A stretch of 45,838 bases of DNA from an uncultured Bacteroidales bacterium (GCA_905236885.1 CAJOQK010000126.1:1-45838); one strand, 5' to 3'. Shown: positions 1 to 9,014, counted from the first letter of the stretch. The notes: generated by a model not told the origin, from the sequence alone. Translations and numbers: made by a program.

Positions 1-85
1 GGAAAGATGGCAGAGTGGTCGATTGCACCGGTCTTGAAAACCGGCGACTGTAACAGGTCCGGGGGTTCGAATCCCTCTCTTTCCG
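1..85 (+). tRNA. tRNA-Ser (anticodon UGA), class II tRNA with long variable arm
   Basis: Hand-folded cloverleaf. Acceptor GGAAAGA (1-7) pairs with TCTTTCC (78-84). Anticodon stem CCGGT/ACCGG has the 7-nt loop CTTGAAA, giving anticodon TGA at 35-37. There is a long variable arm, a T-arm GGGGG-TTCGAAT-CCCTC and discriminator G85. CCA is not encoded. Confidence 0.9.
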
Positions 86-109
86 CCTTCTAATTATTAT
101 TTTTTTCCC

Positions 110-145
110 GCAGTTCCCTTTCCCAGAGGGAACTGCTAGTTTTTT
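110..145 (+). terminator. Rho-independent terminator after tRNA-Ser
   Basis: Perfect 10-bp stem GCAGTTCCCT (110-119) / AGGGAACTGC (127-136) with a 7-nt loop, followed by TAGTTTTTT. Confidence 0.8.
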
Positions 146-156
146 CAGGCGGAATG

Positions 157-189
157 CAAAAAAAACGCCCAGATGACTCCGGGCGTTTT
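157..189 (-). terminator. Terminator hairpin downstream of the 1074-aa oxidoreductase gene (usable in both directions)
   Basis: Stem AACGCCC (164-170) / GGGCGTT (181-187). On the minus strand it is followed by a run of 8 T (complement of the A-run ending at 165). It lies about 30 nt past the stop at 216. Confidence 0.6.
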
Positions 190-215
190 CAGTTTCAAAG
201 AAATTTCAGTATTTC

Positions 216-3200
216 CTATTTGAAGGCGTTTTCGCTCAGGCCGCCGCCGGAGAGCTTGAGTTTTTCCACGTATGATGGCACCTCTTTGCCCAAGTAGCTG
301 TCCACATATAGTTTGGCGAGGTACTGGCCCAGCATGAAGCCGTGACCGCGCAAACCGACCAGCAGACCCAGTCCGGAATCCACGATGTAGCGCGGTTCGG
401 TGTAGTAGCCGCACCATGTGGCCTGGATGCTCACACCCTTCAGTTGCGGAATCCAGCTGCCGAACACTTCGGAGGAGATCTCCAAAAATTCCTGACTGTT
501 GAATTTCAGCGGCATGTTGGCCTCCTTGAAGTCGTTGGCGGGCGAGGCGCAGCCGATAATCTGTCCCGTATAGGCGAACTGCTGCCCGTACACGGCGTTG
601 AAGCCCTTGTAGTGCCGGCGGTCGATAATCATGTCCAAGGCACCGCCGTTAACGCCCATCAAAGGCAGCCGTTGGGTGATGAAGGCCTGGTGTTTCACCG
701 GATAGAGACCGGTTTCAATGCCTAACATCTTGGCGAATTTCTCCGCGCCGAATCCCAAGGCGTTCACAAAGTGGTCGCAGGTGTACTCCACATATTCCTT
801 GTCATGGGTGAGCACTAACGCCGTGAACTGGTTGCCGGTGCGACGTACCTCAATCAGGTGGCAGTCCTCCAGATAGGTGCCGCCATGCTGCTGTCCGATG
901 CCCCGGATGTAATTGATGGTCCGGCCAGGTGTGGCTTGCCAGCATTCGCGGGTGATGAGGGCGCTGGAATAGACATCGGAGCTGTCGTTCCACAGCGGTG
1001 AAATCTCCTTTTTGAAATCTTTCTTGTCCACCATGTAGGCGTCGGACCAGGCGCGGGAGGCGTCCAGTGACTTGTAGGTGGCCTCGTCATGCACCAGGTT
1101 CACGTAGTGTGTGGGTTGGTAATGGATGTTATATTTGGATTGTATATCCTTGAAAATTTCCAGATTGTGTTTGGCAATATCCGCAATGTCCGGATTGGAG
1201 AAGGCGGGACGGCCTCCACCGATACAACGCCATGAGGAACCACGGTCGGCATTGATCATCACCGGCTTCAAACCGGCTTCGGAGAAATAGCGGAACAGTC
1301 CGCTACCGGCGGTGCCGCCTCCGGCAATCAGCACCTGCACCTTTTCCTTGCGAACTTTTTGGGAAGTGCCGATGGTCAGGTTTTGCGGTTTTTCGGATTG
1401 GTACACATCACCTAAGGCCACTTGGTTGGAGAGAGGCCCGCGCGGAGTTGCGTCACCGACCACCTCCACGCCGTAGCCACGAAGCAACTGCTTCACTCTC
1501 GGGATGCAGCGTTTGCCACGGCAGGTGCCCATACCGATGCGGCAGGTGTGTTTCAGCTCGTCGATGGAGATGAATTTCCGGTCGCCGACCACTTTCAGAA
1601 TCTCTTCCGGTTTCACATCTTCGCAATGGCAGACATAGGCGCGGCCTTTGACCTCTTTCAGAGGTTTCATTTCCAGTGGTTCCGGATAGTTCTCCTTGAC
1701 AATGAACCCTTTCACTTGGGTCAGTTCGACACCCTGGAGGGTGGTGGATTTGACCCTTGCAACGTTGGTCTTGTTCTCCTTTTTCAATATTTTTTCAATC
1801 ACGCCTTCGCCCAGTTTCTTGCCCTGGTTGTCAACAAGGAATACCTCCTTGCCCTCTTCCAGATCGTATTCGAATGGCAGGAAGAGCCAGTTCTTGGCCA
1901 GATTGTAGCCGAAAATGGCCAGACCCGGGCAGTGGGAGACGCACTCCATACAGCCGATACATTTGTTATAGTCGATTTCCGGTGTGGAGGAGGTGCTGGA
2001 TTTTTTGATTGCGTGCTGCGGACAGGCAAACGAGCAGGGGTTGCAGGCGAATCCGTAGAGGCAGTCCATCTGCACGAACCCCATTTTGTTCATCCGTTCG
2101 GTATCCGGCAGGTTGGGTTTTTCCAAAATGCGGACTGGACGCTGCTGGGAATTGATGTATTGTCCGGAAACATCCAAGTATTCCTCATAGTTGTAGCGGA
2201 CACCCATGTCCTGGGCAATCTCGTAGGCCACCTGACGGCCTTTGAGCACCGCGCTGGTGCCTTCTCCGATGCGCACAGCGTCACCGGCGGCGAACACCTT
2301 GTCGGCAAACTGCACTTTGCTCATGGCAAGCAGCTGGTTGTCGGGAACCAGTCCGGTGCAGATATTGATCAGGTCAATGCCCTCAATCACCTTTTCGGTG
2401 CCGGGAATGGGCTTGAAATTTTCGCATTGCGCTATGACTGCACCTGTTATGCCGTCGCCTTTTTCATTTGGAATGGCTTTCAGCAGTGTGTGCGAGGTCA
2501 TGATAGGAATGCCTAAGCGGCGGAGCCGGTTGGCCTGCACTGGGAAGCCGCCCTCATGCGGCATCGCTTCCAGAATGGCCTTGATGTGTGCGCCCGCCTG
2601 CATGGCCTGATAGGAGGTGAGGTAGCCGATGTTGCCAGCTCCGATTGTCAGGATGTTCTTGCCGAGCAGCGTATGCTCCTGGTTCATCATTTTTTGGAAC
2701 ACAGCGGCGGTGTAGACTCCCGGCACATCGTCGTTCTCAAAACAGGGGGAGAAGGGGATGGCGCCGGTGGCAATCACCATATATTCGGCATCCAGGTAGG
2801 AAATTTCCTGTGTCTGGATGTTCTTCAGTGCGATGCGTTTGCCTTGCAGGATGTCCCAAACGGTGGTGTTGAGCAGGATATTGGACATATCTTCGCCCGC
2901 CAGGGTTTTGGCAATGTCGAATCCGCGCATGCCGCCGAATTTCTGCTCTTTCTCAAAAAAGAAGAACTGGTGGGTCTGCATATTGAACTGCCCGCCGATT
3001 TTGGCGTTGTTGTCCACCAATATGTTTTTGATACCCAGTTTGTTCAGCTGCTCACGACAGGCTAATCCGGCAGGGCCTCCGCCCACGATGGCCACGGTGG
3101 TCTTGTAGATGTGAAGTTCCTTTTGTCCGTCGGTATAACTGCCCGACTGAAAATCTTTGGGAACCTCCCTGACCTCTTTCACACCATCCACCAGGGTGAT

Positions 3201-3440
3201 GCAGATGCGGCGTATTTTGCCGTCCACCATCATTTCGCAGGCACCGCACTTGCCGATGCCGCAGGCCAGGCTTCTGGCTTCATTGTTCACACTGTGGCTG
3301 TGAATGGGGAATCCCGCCTGATGCAGTGCGGCGGCGATGGTATACCCCTTTTTGCCTGTGACTTTTTGTCCGTTGTACAGAAAGCTGACTTCCTCGCTTT
3401 CTTTGATGTCCAGAATGGGATGATGTAAAATCGGATACAT
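216..3440 (-). CDS. Multidomain flavo-iron-sulfur oxidoreductase: N-terminal 2Fe-2S, FAD/NAD(P) pyridine-nucleotide-disulfide oxidoreductase, 2x[4Fe-4S] ferredoxin, BFD-like 2Fe-2S and a C-terminal DAO-type FAD dehydrogenase (HcnABC / opine oxidase / sarcosine-oxidase-like fusion)
   Basis: 1074-aa ORF. Motifs: CGIGKCGAC (aa 60-68); VAIVGGGPAGLAC (aa 116-128) and TIGAGNIGY (aa 265-273) Rossmann dinucleotide folds; CNPCSFACP and CIGCMECVSHCP (aa 466-505); CHCEDV...CRIGMGTCRGKRC (aa 604-645); VLIAGGGTAGSG (aa 703-714) opening the C-terminal DAO-like module. Confidence 0.8.
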   Translation of the reverse strand: MYPILHHPILDIKESEEVSFLYNGQKVTGKKGYTIAAALHQAGFPIHSHSVNNEARSLACGIGKCGACEMMVDGKIRRICITLVDGVKEVREVPKDFQSGSYTDGQKELHIYKTTVAIVGGGPAGLACREQLNKLGIKNILVDNNAKIGGQFNMQTHQFFFFEKEQKFGGMRGFDIAKTLAGEDMSNILLNTTVWDILQGKRIALKNIQTQEISYLDAEYMVIATGAIPFSPCFENDDVPGVYTAAVFQKMMNQEHTLLGKNILTIGAGNIGYLTSYQAMQAGAHIKAILEAMPHEGGFPVQANRLRRLGIPIMTSHTLLKAIPNEKGDGITGAVIAQCENFKPIPGTEKVIEGIDLINICTGLVPDNQLLAMSKVQFADKVFAAGDAVRIGEGTSAVLKGRQVAYEIAQDMGVRYNYEEYLDVSGQYINSQQRPVRILEKPNLPDTERMNKMGFVQMDCLYGFACNPCSFACPQHAIKKSSTSSTPEIDYNKCIGCMECVSHCPGLAIFGYNLAKNWLFLPFEYDLEEGKEVFLVDNQGKKLGEGVIEKILKKENKTNVARVKSTTLQGVELTQVKGFIVKENYPEPLEMKPLKEVKGRAYVCHCEDVKPEEILKVVGDRKFISIDELKHTCRIGMGTCRGKRCIPRVKQLLRGYGVEVVGDATPRGPLSNQVALGDVYQSEKPQNLTIGTSQKVRKEKVQVLIAGGGTAGSGLFRYFSEAGLKPVMINADRGSSWRCIGGGRPAFSNPDIADIAKHNLEIFKDIQSKYNIHYQPTHYVNLVHDEATYKSLDASRAWSDAYMVDKKDFKKEISPLWNDSSDVYSSALITRECWQATPGRTINYIRGIGQQHGGTYLEDCHLIEVRRTGNQFTALVLTHDKEYVEYTCDHFVNALGFGAEKFAKMLGIETGLYPVKHQAFITQRLPLMGVNGGALDMIIDRRHYKGFNAVYGQQFAYTGQIIGCASPANDFKEANMPLKFNSQEFLEISSEVFGSWIPQLKGVSIQATWCGYYTEPRYIVDSGLGLLVGLRGHGFMLGQYLAKLYVDSYLGKEVPSYVEKLKLSGGGLSENAFK

Positions 3441-3484
3441 ATCTACTTCTTTATTATTTTAGTTTTTACAATAAATAAATTGTT

Positions 3485-3492
3485 CAAAAATA
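3485..3492 (-). promoter_or_regulatory. Bacteroidota -7 promoter box (TATTTTTG) for the oxidoreductase gene
   Basis: Exact TAnnTTTG match on the minus strand, 45 nt upstream of the ATG at 3440. Confidence 0.45.
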
Positions 3493-3574
3493 GAATTTGC
3501 AAATGTCTGCAAAAATCCAATACGGATTCCACACAAACGGAGAAAAATTTTCAGAAAACACTTCAAAGTGCCTC

Positions 3575-4564
3575 TTACCTGCCCTTGAAGAAGGCATCGG
3601 GGGTGATTCTTTTCAAAACTTTGCGGTAACTGAGGGCCTCCTTTTGTGGCAGTGCAATCACGTAGTGCTTTTTTGCCGTGTTGGGGAGTGAGGTGCCGCG
3701 CAGCCACGGGTTGCAGGTTTTCAGCTCCTTGTAGCTGCAGCCTTGCTGCTGTGCGAAGCGGTACAGGCTGCCGATGGTGCTGTCCACACCGATGGTGTCG
3801 GTCTCAATGACAGGATACAAATCTTTCATCCTCAATTTGATGCCGTAAAGTTCCGGATTCTTGAAAATGCACTTGACAGCCAGAATCCGGTATACGTAGC
3901 GGGCGGTTTCCGAATTCAGGTACAGGTCCCAGTAGCTGTTGGTGCTTTGGGCGGCGGCGGTTTTGCTGTATCCGCCGTATCCCATGTTGTAGCCGGCAGC
4001 GGCGGCGGTCCAGGAGCCGCACTTCAGGCGGGCGTCCTGCAAATAGGCGCATGCGGCCTGCGTGGATTTGGCCGCATCATAGCGTTCGTCCACAAAATCG
4101 GTGATTTCCAACCCGTAGCTTTGTCCTGTCGTCTTGATGAACTGCCAGTATCCGGCGGCTTTGGCGGGGGATACCACGTTGGTCAGGCCGCTCTCAATTA
4201 CGGCCAGGTATTTGAAGTCGTCGGGAATGTTGTTTTCGGCCAGAATGGGTTCGATGACCGGAAACCAGCGGTTGGCGCGTTTGATCAGCAGCAGCAGGTT
4301 GGACTGCCAGTAAACATTGACCAGCAGTTCCCTGTCCAAGGCTTCCCGCACGTCGATGCGGTCCAGGGGAACCGCTTCACCCGCAAAATCCAAGCTGTCC
4401 GGAATGGGTGGGGAAAAGAGATTGTAGCTGTCGGCAAAAGCCTGGTTGTAGCTGCTGTTTTGCTGTGAAGGTGCCACGAAGCGGCCTGCTGCCAGCAAAA
4501 GCAGCAGCGCGATGCTTCCGAATGCGGCTATGCGCAAAAGCAGGCGTGAAGTTTGCATTGACAT
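3575..4564 (-). CDS. Lytic murein transglycosylase (SLT domain, MltD-like) with signal peptide and a degenerate LysM-like C-terminus
   Basis: N-terminal hydrophobic signal (RIAAFGSIALLLLLAAG). SLT catalytic block YLAVIESGLTNVVSPAKAAGYWQFIKTTG, then AGYNMGYGGY. Confidence 0.8.
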   Translation of the reverse strand: MSMQTSRLLLRIAAFGSIALLLLLAAGRFVAPSQQNSSYNQAFADSYNLFSPPIPDSLDFAGEAVPLDRIDVREALDRELLVNVYWQSNLLLLIKRANRWFPVIEPILAENNIPDDFKYLAVIESGLTNVVSPAKAAGYWQFIKTTGQSYGLEITDFVDERYDAAKSTQAACAYLQDARLKCGSWTAAAAGYNMGYGGYSKTAAAQSTNSYWDLYLNSETARYVYRILAVKCIFKNPELYGIKLRMKDLYPVIETDTIGVDSTIGSLYRFAQQQGCSYKELKTCNPWLRGTSLPNTAKKHYVIALPQKEALSYRKVLKRITPDAFFKGR

Positions 4565-4579
4565 GGGGTTGAAGCTGTT

Positions 4580-5062
4580 TTATCTCTTTTTCTTTTTCTG
4601 TTTGGCCGGTTTGCTCTCTTCAGGAGTGTTCTGTATTTGGAAGTTGAAGGGCAGCCGGAAACGACTGCGGACCGGTTGGCCCTTTATGGTGGCAGGTTCC
4701 CATTTCGGCATGATGGAGATGACACGCAGTGCTTCCGCATCCAGTTCGGGGGATGCGGTTTGTATTACTTTGATGTTGCTGAGCGTGCCCTCCTTTTCCA
4801 CAACAAATTCCAACAAAACTCTGCCTTGTATTCCCTCTTCCCTGGCTTTGCGCGGATAAATGAGATTGTCGGCCATGAACCTGTACATCGCTTCCTGACC
4901 GCCTGGAAAAGAGGCTTCCTGTTCCACAACGGAGAATGTCTCCTCATTGTTCATCCCATTTTTTGCCGTGTCAGTGGATGTGACTTGTGCTTTTGCACAA
5001 AACAGGCCGCAGGCGAATAGCATAAGTGTAAAAATCCGTTTCATTTTTTCTGTTTTTGACAA
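4580..5062 (-). CDS. TonB C-terminal domain protein (energy transducer TonB family, short form)
   Basis: Signal peptide MKRIFTLMLFACGLFCAKAQ, so the true start may be Met7 at 5044. TonB_C pattern FPGGQEAMYRFMADNLIYPRKAREEGIQGRVLLEFVVEKEGTLSNIKV...GQPVRSRFRLPFNF. Confidence 0.8.
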   Translation of the reverse strand: MSKTEKMKRIFTLMLFACGLFCAKAQVTSTDTAKNGMNNEETFSVVEQEASFPGGQEAMYRFMADNLIYPRKAREEGIQGRVLLEFVVEKEGTLSNIKVIQTASPELDAEALRVISIMPKWEPATIKGQPVRSRFRLPFNFQIQNTPEESKPAKQKKKKR

Positions 5063-5195
5063 TTATGTTTTTATTTATTTTAAAATGCAAATGTCCAAAA
5101 AAAAGCGATACAAAATGCAAATGGGCGGTGAAAAAATTAGCATTTCCTTGGAATCCATCGGATGACAATATGCGGGGGAATTTTTAGAAGTCCCC

Positions 5196-7130
5196 TTACC
5201 TCATACCTTCCAGTTCCATGGAGGCCTCCTCCCATTCCTGCATGAGATGTTCCAAGTCAGTTTGCAGCTGCTGGTAATTTTTGTAGAGGCTGTCCATTTT
5301 GGCAGGGTCGGCGTTTGGGTTGCTCAACTGTTCGTTGTAGTCGGAAAGTTCTTTCTCTTTGGCTTGGATTTCCTGCTCCAGTTGTGTAATACGGCGTTCG
5401 GTCTTGCGGATAAGGCTCTCCTTGCGTTTCTGTTCCTCCCAGCTGACTTTGTTGGCGGTTGCCTTGTTTTGAGGTGTCTCCGAAACGTTGCCGGATGTTT
5501 CGTTTAAAGCACTTTCTGTCCGTTTCCTCTCTTCCAGATATTCCTGAATGTCACCCAAGTGCAGTTTTACCTGACGGTGGCTGAATTCAAACACCTTGTC
5601 GGTCAGACCCTGCAAAAAGTCGCGGTCGTGGGAGACAATGACCAATGTGCCGTTGTAGTGCAGCAATGCGTTTTTGAGCACATCCTTGGAGGTCATGTCA
5701 AGGTGGTTGGTAGGCTCGTCGAGCAGCAGCACGTTGTAGGGCTCCAGCAGCAGCTTGGCCAGGGCGAGCCGCGCCTTTTCCCCACCGGAAAGCACGCTCA
5801 CCTTTTTCTCCAGGTCATCGGTGTCAAACAGGAAACTGCCCAAAATGCCCCTGACTTTGGTGCGTATGACTCCCACAGCTATGTCGTCCAGGGTTTGGAA
5901 AACTGTGCGGGTGGGGTCCAACTTCTGGTTCTGGTTTTGTGCGTAATAGCCAATTCGCACCATGTCGCCGATGCGCAATTGTCCCGCGTAGGGTCTGATT
6001 TCCTGCATCAGCAGCTTCATCATGGTGGATTTGCCCTCTCCATTCCTGCCGATGAAGGCCACTTTTTCCCTGTTTTCAATCACAAGATTGATTTTGTCCA
6101 ACACAGGTTTGCCCGGTTCGTAGGCCTGACACAGGTCCACAGCCTCGAACACCACCCTGTTGCATTTTGGCGCGGGCGGAAAAAGGAAATGGATGTGGGA
6201 GGTGTCCAGCTCGTCCACCTGCACACGGTCCATCTTTTCCAACATTTTGATTCGGCTCTGCACCTGCTTGGCTTTGGTCGCCTTGTAACGGAACCGCTCG
6301 ATGAACGCTTCAATGTCGTTAATTTCCTTTTGCTGGTTTTCGAACACTTTCTGCTGGTGGGCAATCCGTTCCAGCCGCCGTTCCACGTAGGTGTTGTAGT
6401 TGCATTTGTAGTCCTCAATGTGTCCCAAGGTGATTTCAATGGTGCGCTGGCAGATGTTGTTCAGGAACTGCCGGTCGTGGGAGACCATGATGAGGCTTCC
6501 CTGATAACGCTGCAAAAAGTTCTCTAACCACTGGATTGATTCGATGTCCAGATGGTTGGTGGGCTCGTCCAAAAGAATGATTTCGGTTTTCCGCAGCAGG
6601 ATTTTTGCCAGCTCTATGCGCATCTGCCAGCCGCTACTGAAGGAGGTGACCGGACGTTGGAAGTCATTTTTTTCGAACCCCAAACCCATCAGCACCTGTT
6701 CCATCTCCTGTTCGATGTGGGAGGCGCCGAGATATTGCCGTCGGGTGTTGAGTGTGTGCAGCTTCTCAACCAGCTGCGTGTAGGCTTCAGTGGTGTAATC
6801 CTCCCGTTCGGCCAGTTCGATATTGATTTTTTCTATTTGGGAATCAATGGTTCTGATTTCGTCAAACGCCTCATAAGCCTTTTCCCAAACTGTCTTGTCG
6901 CTTTGGATTTTCATCTCCTGCGGCAGATAGCCGATGCGGAAACCCTTGGTGACGACAATTTCTCCGCTTTCCGGCTCCAGTTCGTGGGTGAGGATGCGCA
7001 GCAGCGTGGTTTTGCCCACGCCGTTTTTGCCTACCAGACCCACCCGCTCATGGTCTCCAATGACAAATTGCAAATCATCAAAGAGGGTGATTCCGGAGAA
7101 GATGACGGAGAGATGGTTGACGCTAATCAC
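5196..7130 (-). CDS. ABC-F family ATPase (two tandem ABC domains, no transmembrane domain, C-terminal charged coiled-coil)
   Basis: Two Walker A motifs (GKNGVGKTT, GRNGEGKST), two signature motifs (FSSGWQ, LSGGEK) and two Walker B motifs (ILLDEPTNHLD, LLLDEPTNHLD), with a K/E/Q-rich about 90-aa tail. Confidence 0.9.
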   Translation of the reverse strand: MISVNHLSVIFSGITLFDDLQFVIGDHERVGLVGKNGVGKTTLLRILTHELEPESGEIVVTKGFRIGYLPQEMKIQSDKTVWEKAYEAFDEIRTIDSQIEKINIELAEREDYTTEAYTQLVEKLHTLNTRRQYLGASHIEQEMEQVLMGLGFEKNDFQRPVTSFSSGWQMRIELAKILLRKTEIILLDEPTNHLDIESIQWLENFLQRYQGSLIMVSHDRQFLNNICQRTIEITLGHIEDYKCNYNTYVERRLERIAHQQKVFENQQKEINDIEAFIERFRYKATKAKQVQSRIKMLEKMDRVQVDELDTSHIHFLFPPAPKCNRVVFEAVDLCQAYEPGKPVLDKINLVIENREKVAFIGRNGEGKSTMMKLLMQEIRPYAGQLRIGDMVRIGYYAQNQNQKLDPTRTVFQTLDDIAVGVIRTKVRGILGSFLFDTDDLEKKVSVLSGGEKARLALAKLLLEPYNVLLLDEPTNHLDMTSKDVLKNALLHYNGTLVIVSHDRDFLQGLTDKVFEFSHRQVKLHLGDIQEYLEERKRTESALNETSGNVSETPQNKATANKVSWEEQKRKESLIRKTERRITQLEQEIQAKEKELSDYNEQLSNPNADPAKMDSLYKNYQQLQTDLEHLMQEWEEASMELEGMR

Positions 7131-7157
7131 GGCTTTATGTTTCGCAGCCTGTCGCTT

Positions 7158-8153
7158 CTATTCGATACCGGCAAAATATTTCATAAACTGTACACGCATG
7201 TAGACATCCGGATTCTCAATCCGTTTCATGCTCATCTTACCTTGGAATTCGTCAATGCTGCAGTAGTTGTGCTTGGTCATCCACTCCTTAAGTCCGTCCA
7301 AAATGTGTTTGATTTGCTCAATTCCCCTGGTATACAGAACTGTGGCGATTTGTACCGTGTCGGCACCTGCCAGCAGCAGCTTGACCATGTCTTCTCCAGT
7401 AACAACACCGGAGGTGGCGCTCAAGCTACAGTCAATATGTTCGTTCATGATGGAGACCCAACGCAGCGCCTCATGCAGGCCGTCGCCCTCTTTCAGCACT
7501 TTGGCAGGCACCATTTTCAGGTTCTCGATGTCAATGTCCGGCTCGTACACCCGCTGGAACATCACTAAGGCATCCGCGCCGGCTTTGCGGAACTGGGTCA
7601 TGCTGTGCACAAAGGAGGTGAAATAGCGGTTGGTCTTGATGGCTACCGGAATGCGCAGGTTCTTTTTGACATGCTTGATGATTTTCAGGTAGTTCTTTTC
7701 CAAATCCTCTCCCGAAATGTTGAAGTCGGTGGGCAGGGAGGTGAGGTTGATTTCCAGTGCATCGGCTCCGGCCTCCTGCACCCGTTGGGCATAATCCACC
7801 CAAGCGCCGTCTTTGTGGCAGTGGATGCTGGCGATGACCGGAATCTTCACAGTTTTCTTCAAGTCGCGGATCAGCTGGTTGTATTTTTCGTATGCGGCCA
7901 TTTCAGTGTATTGCTGCACATATTCCAAAGCCCTGGTGTCACCGTATTCGCCTGCGGCATTGACTGTTTGGTGGGCTTCGTTGGAGATTTGCTCCTCAAA
8001 AATGGATTTCAGCACCACGGCACCGGCTCCCAAAGCCTCCATCTCTTTGATTTTCTCAACTGAATTTGTGAAGGCGCAGCTTCCTATAATCAGCGGGGTG
8101 GGCAGTGTCAGCCCCATATATTTGCAAGACAGGTCCAAACTCATTTTGTCCAA
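7158..8153 (-). CDS. Dihydroorotate-dehydrogenase-like FMN TIM-barrel protein (DHOD-like subfamily, probably not the canonical PyrD)
   Basis: N-terminus CKYMGLTLPTPLIIGSCAF, ...GAGAVVLKS..., ADALEINLTSLPTD in place of the class-1 'ELN(L/I)SCPN' loop, then IPVAIKTNRYF and C-terminal GADTVQIATVLY. Confidence 0.7.
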   Translation of the reverse strand: MDKMSLDLSCKYMGLTLPTPLIIGSCAFTNSVEKIKEMEALGAGAVVLKSIFEEQISNEAHQTVNAAGEYGDTRALEYVQQYTEMAAYEKYNQLIRDLKKTVKIPVIASIHCHKDGAWVDYAQRVQEAGADALEINLTSLPTDFNISGEDLEKNYLKIIKHVKKNLRIPVAIKTNRYFTSFVHSMTQFRKAGADALVMFQRVYEPDIDIENLKMVPAKVLKEGDGLHEALRWVSIMNEHIDCSLSATSGVVTGEDMVKLLLAGADTVQIATVLYTRGIEQIKHILDGLKEWMTKHNYCSIDEFQGKMSMKRIENPDVYMRVQFMKYFAGIE

Positions 8154-8234
8154 AATTTTGAAAATTGATACTTAAATATTAAAATCGGGTGCCCCTTTTA
8201 TTTTGGGCAGCCTTATCATGTTTTAGTTGTAATT

Positions 8235-9014
8235 TCAACGCATTAAAAAACTGACATCGCTGTTGGGCTCAAGCTCCTCCGCCTGAATGCCTTTTTCCGC
8301 ATCATAACGGAACACAATCATAGGTTTTCCGCCACGCAGGTACAGCTGGTTGCCGTTCACCCAGAGGGCGCAGGCTTCACGCAGGCCGACCACGGTCATC
8401 TTTTGGTTTACAGCCAGATATTCGTTCAAACGGTCCTGGCGTGTTTCGCCTCCATGTTTGATCATTTTGTCGATTTCCGGATGCGGATCCAGATAGTGCG
8501 GATTGATTTGGAATGGCACCAAATTCAGGGTCTCAAAACTTTCCGGCTGCACAATGGGCATGTCGTTGGTGGTGCAGAGGGTTGGGCATGCCACGTTCGA
8601 ACCGGCGCTCCAGCCTATGTAGGGGGTACCGGACAGGGCTTTTTCCCGAATGGCCTTCATCAGGCCGTAACGGTGCATCTCCGCCACCAAGTGGAAGGTG
8701 TTTCCGCCGCCGACCACGATGCAGTCCGCTTCCTTCACCGCCTTAACTTTGTCCTCAAAATGGTGCACTGATGTGAAACGGGTCAGCCCCAATTTGGAGG
8801 CGAACACATTTTTCACCCTTTCCTCATAGGCGTCATAGCTGGCAGGGTAGGGCTTTTTGTTGATGAACACACCCGCAAAGGGAATAAAGACTATGTTGCT
8901 TTCCGCTGTCACATGTTGCTCCCGGATAAAGAGTTCCAGTTGGGTCGTTGCCCATGCCAGATAAGGCTCTCCGAAATTGGTGGAGTTGCTGATCAAAAGT
9001 AAATTCATGTCCAA
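8235..9014 (-). CDS. pepE: Dipeptidase E (peptidase S51)
   Basis: LLLISNSTNFG N-terminus, IVVGGGNTFHL, nucleophile block GWSAGSNVA, FQINPHY. Confidence 0.85.
   Translation of the reverse strand: MDMNLLLISNSTNFGEPYLAWATTQLELFIREQHVTAESNIVFIPFAGVFINKKPYPASYDAYEERVKNVFASKLGLTRFTSVHHFEDKVKAVKEADCIVVGGGNTFHLVAEMHRYGLMKAIREKALSGTPYIGWSAGSNVACPTLCTTNDMPIVQPESFETLNLVPFQINPHYLDPHPEIDKMIKHGGETRQDRLNEYLAVNQKMTVVGLREACALWVNGNQLYLRGGKPMIVFRYDAEKGIQAEELEPNSDVSFLMR

Noticed and set aside
1422-2516. 364-aa plus-strand ORF (with nested ORFs from 342 to 3428) antisense to the 1074-aa oxidoreductase gene
   Set aside because: It lies entirely inside a gene with strong domain motifs. Its translation is low-complexity (G/V/A/H/F-rich) with no recognisable motif, which is typical of a shadow ORF opposite a GC3-biased gene.
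3743-4468. 241-aa plus-strand ORF antisense to the SLT transglycosylase gene
   Set aside because: Shadow ORF with a Gly/Val/Ala-rich translation and no motifs. The opposite strand carries the clear SLT signature.
5177-5195. 19-mer GGAATTTTTAGAAGTCCCC, repeated with one mismatch at 37672-37690 (GGAATTATTAGAAGTCCCC), both times 3' of minus-strand genes
   Set aside because: My rough expectation for an 18/19 match somewhere in 46 kb on both strands is close to one by chance. The two copies have different positions relative to stops and terminators, and neither forms a convincing structure.
5559-7568. Two long plus-strand ORFs (322 and 338 aa) antisense to the ABC-F and DHOD-like genes
   Set aside because: Both are shadow ORFs. 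The minus-strand frames carry complete Walker A/B/signature sets and the DHOD fold motifs.
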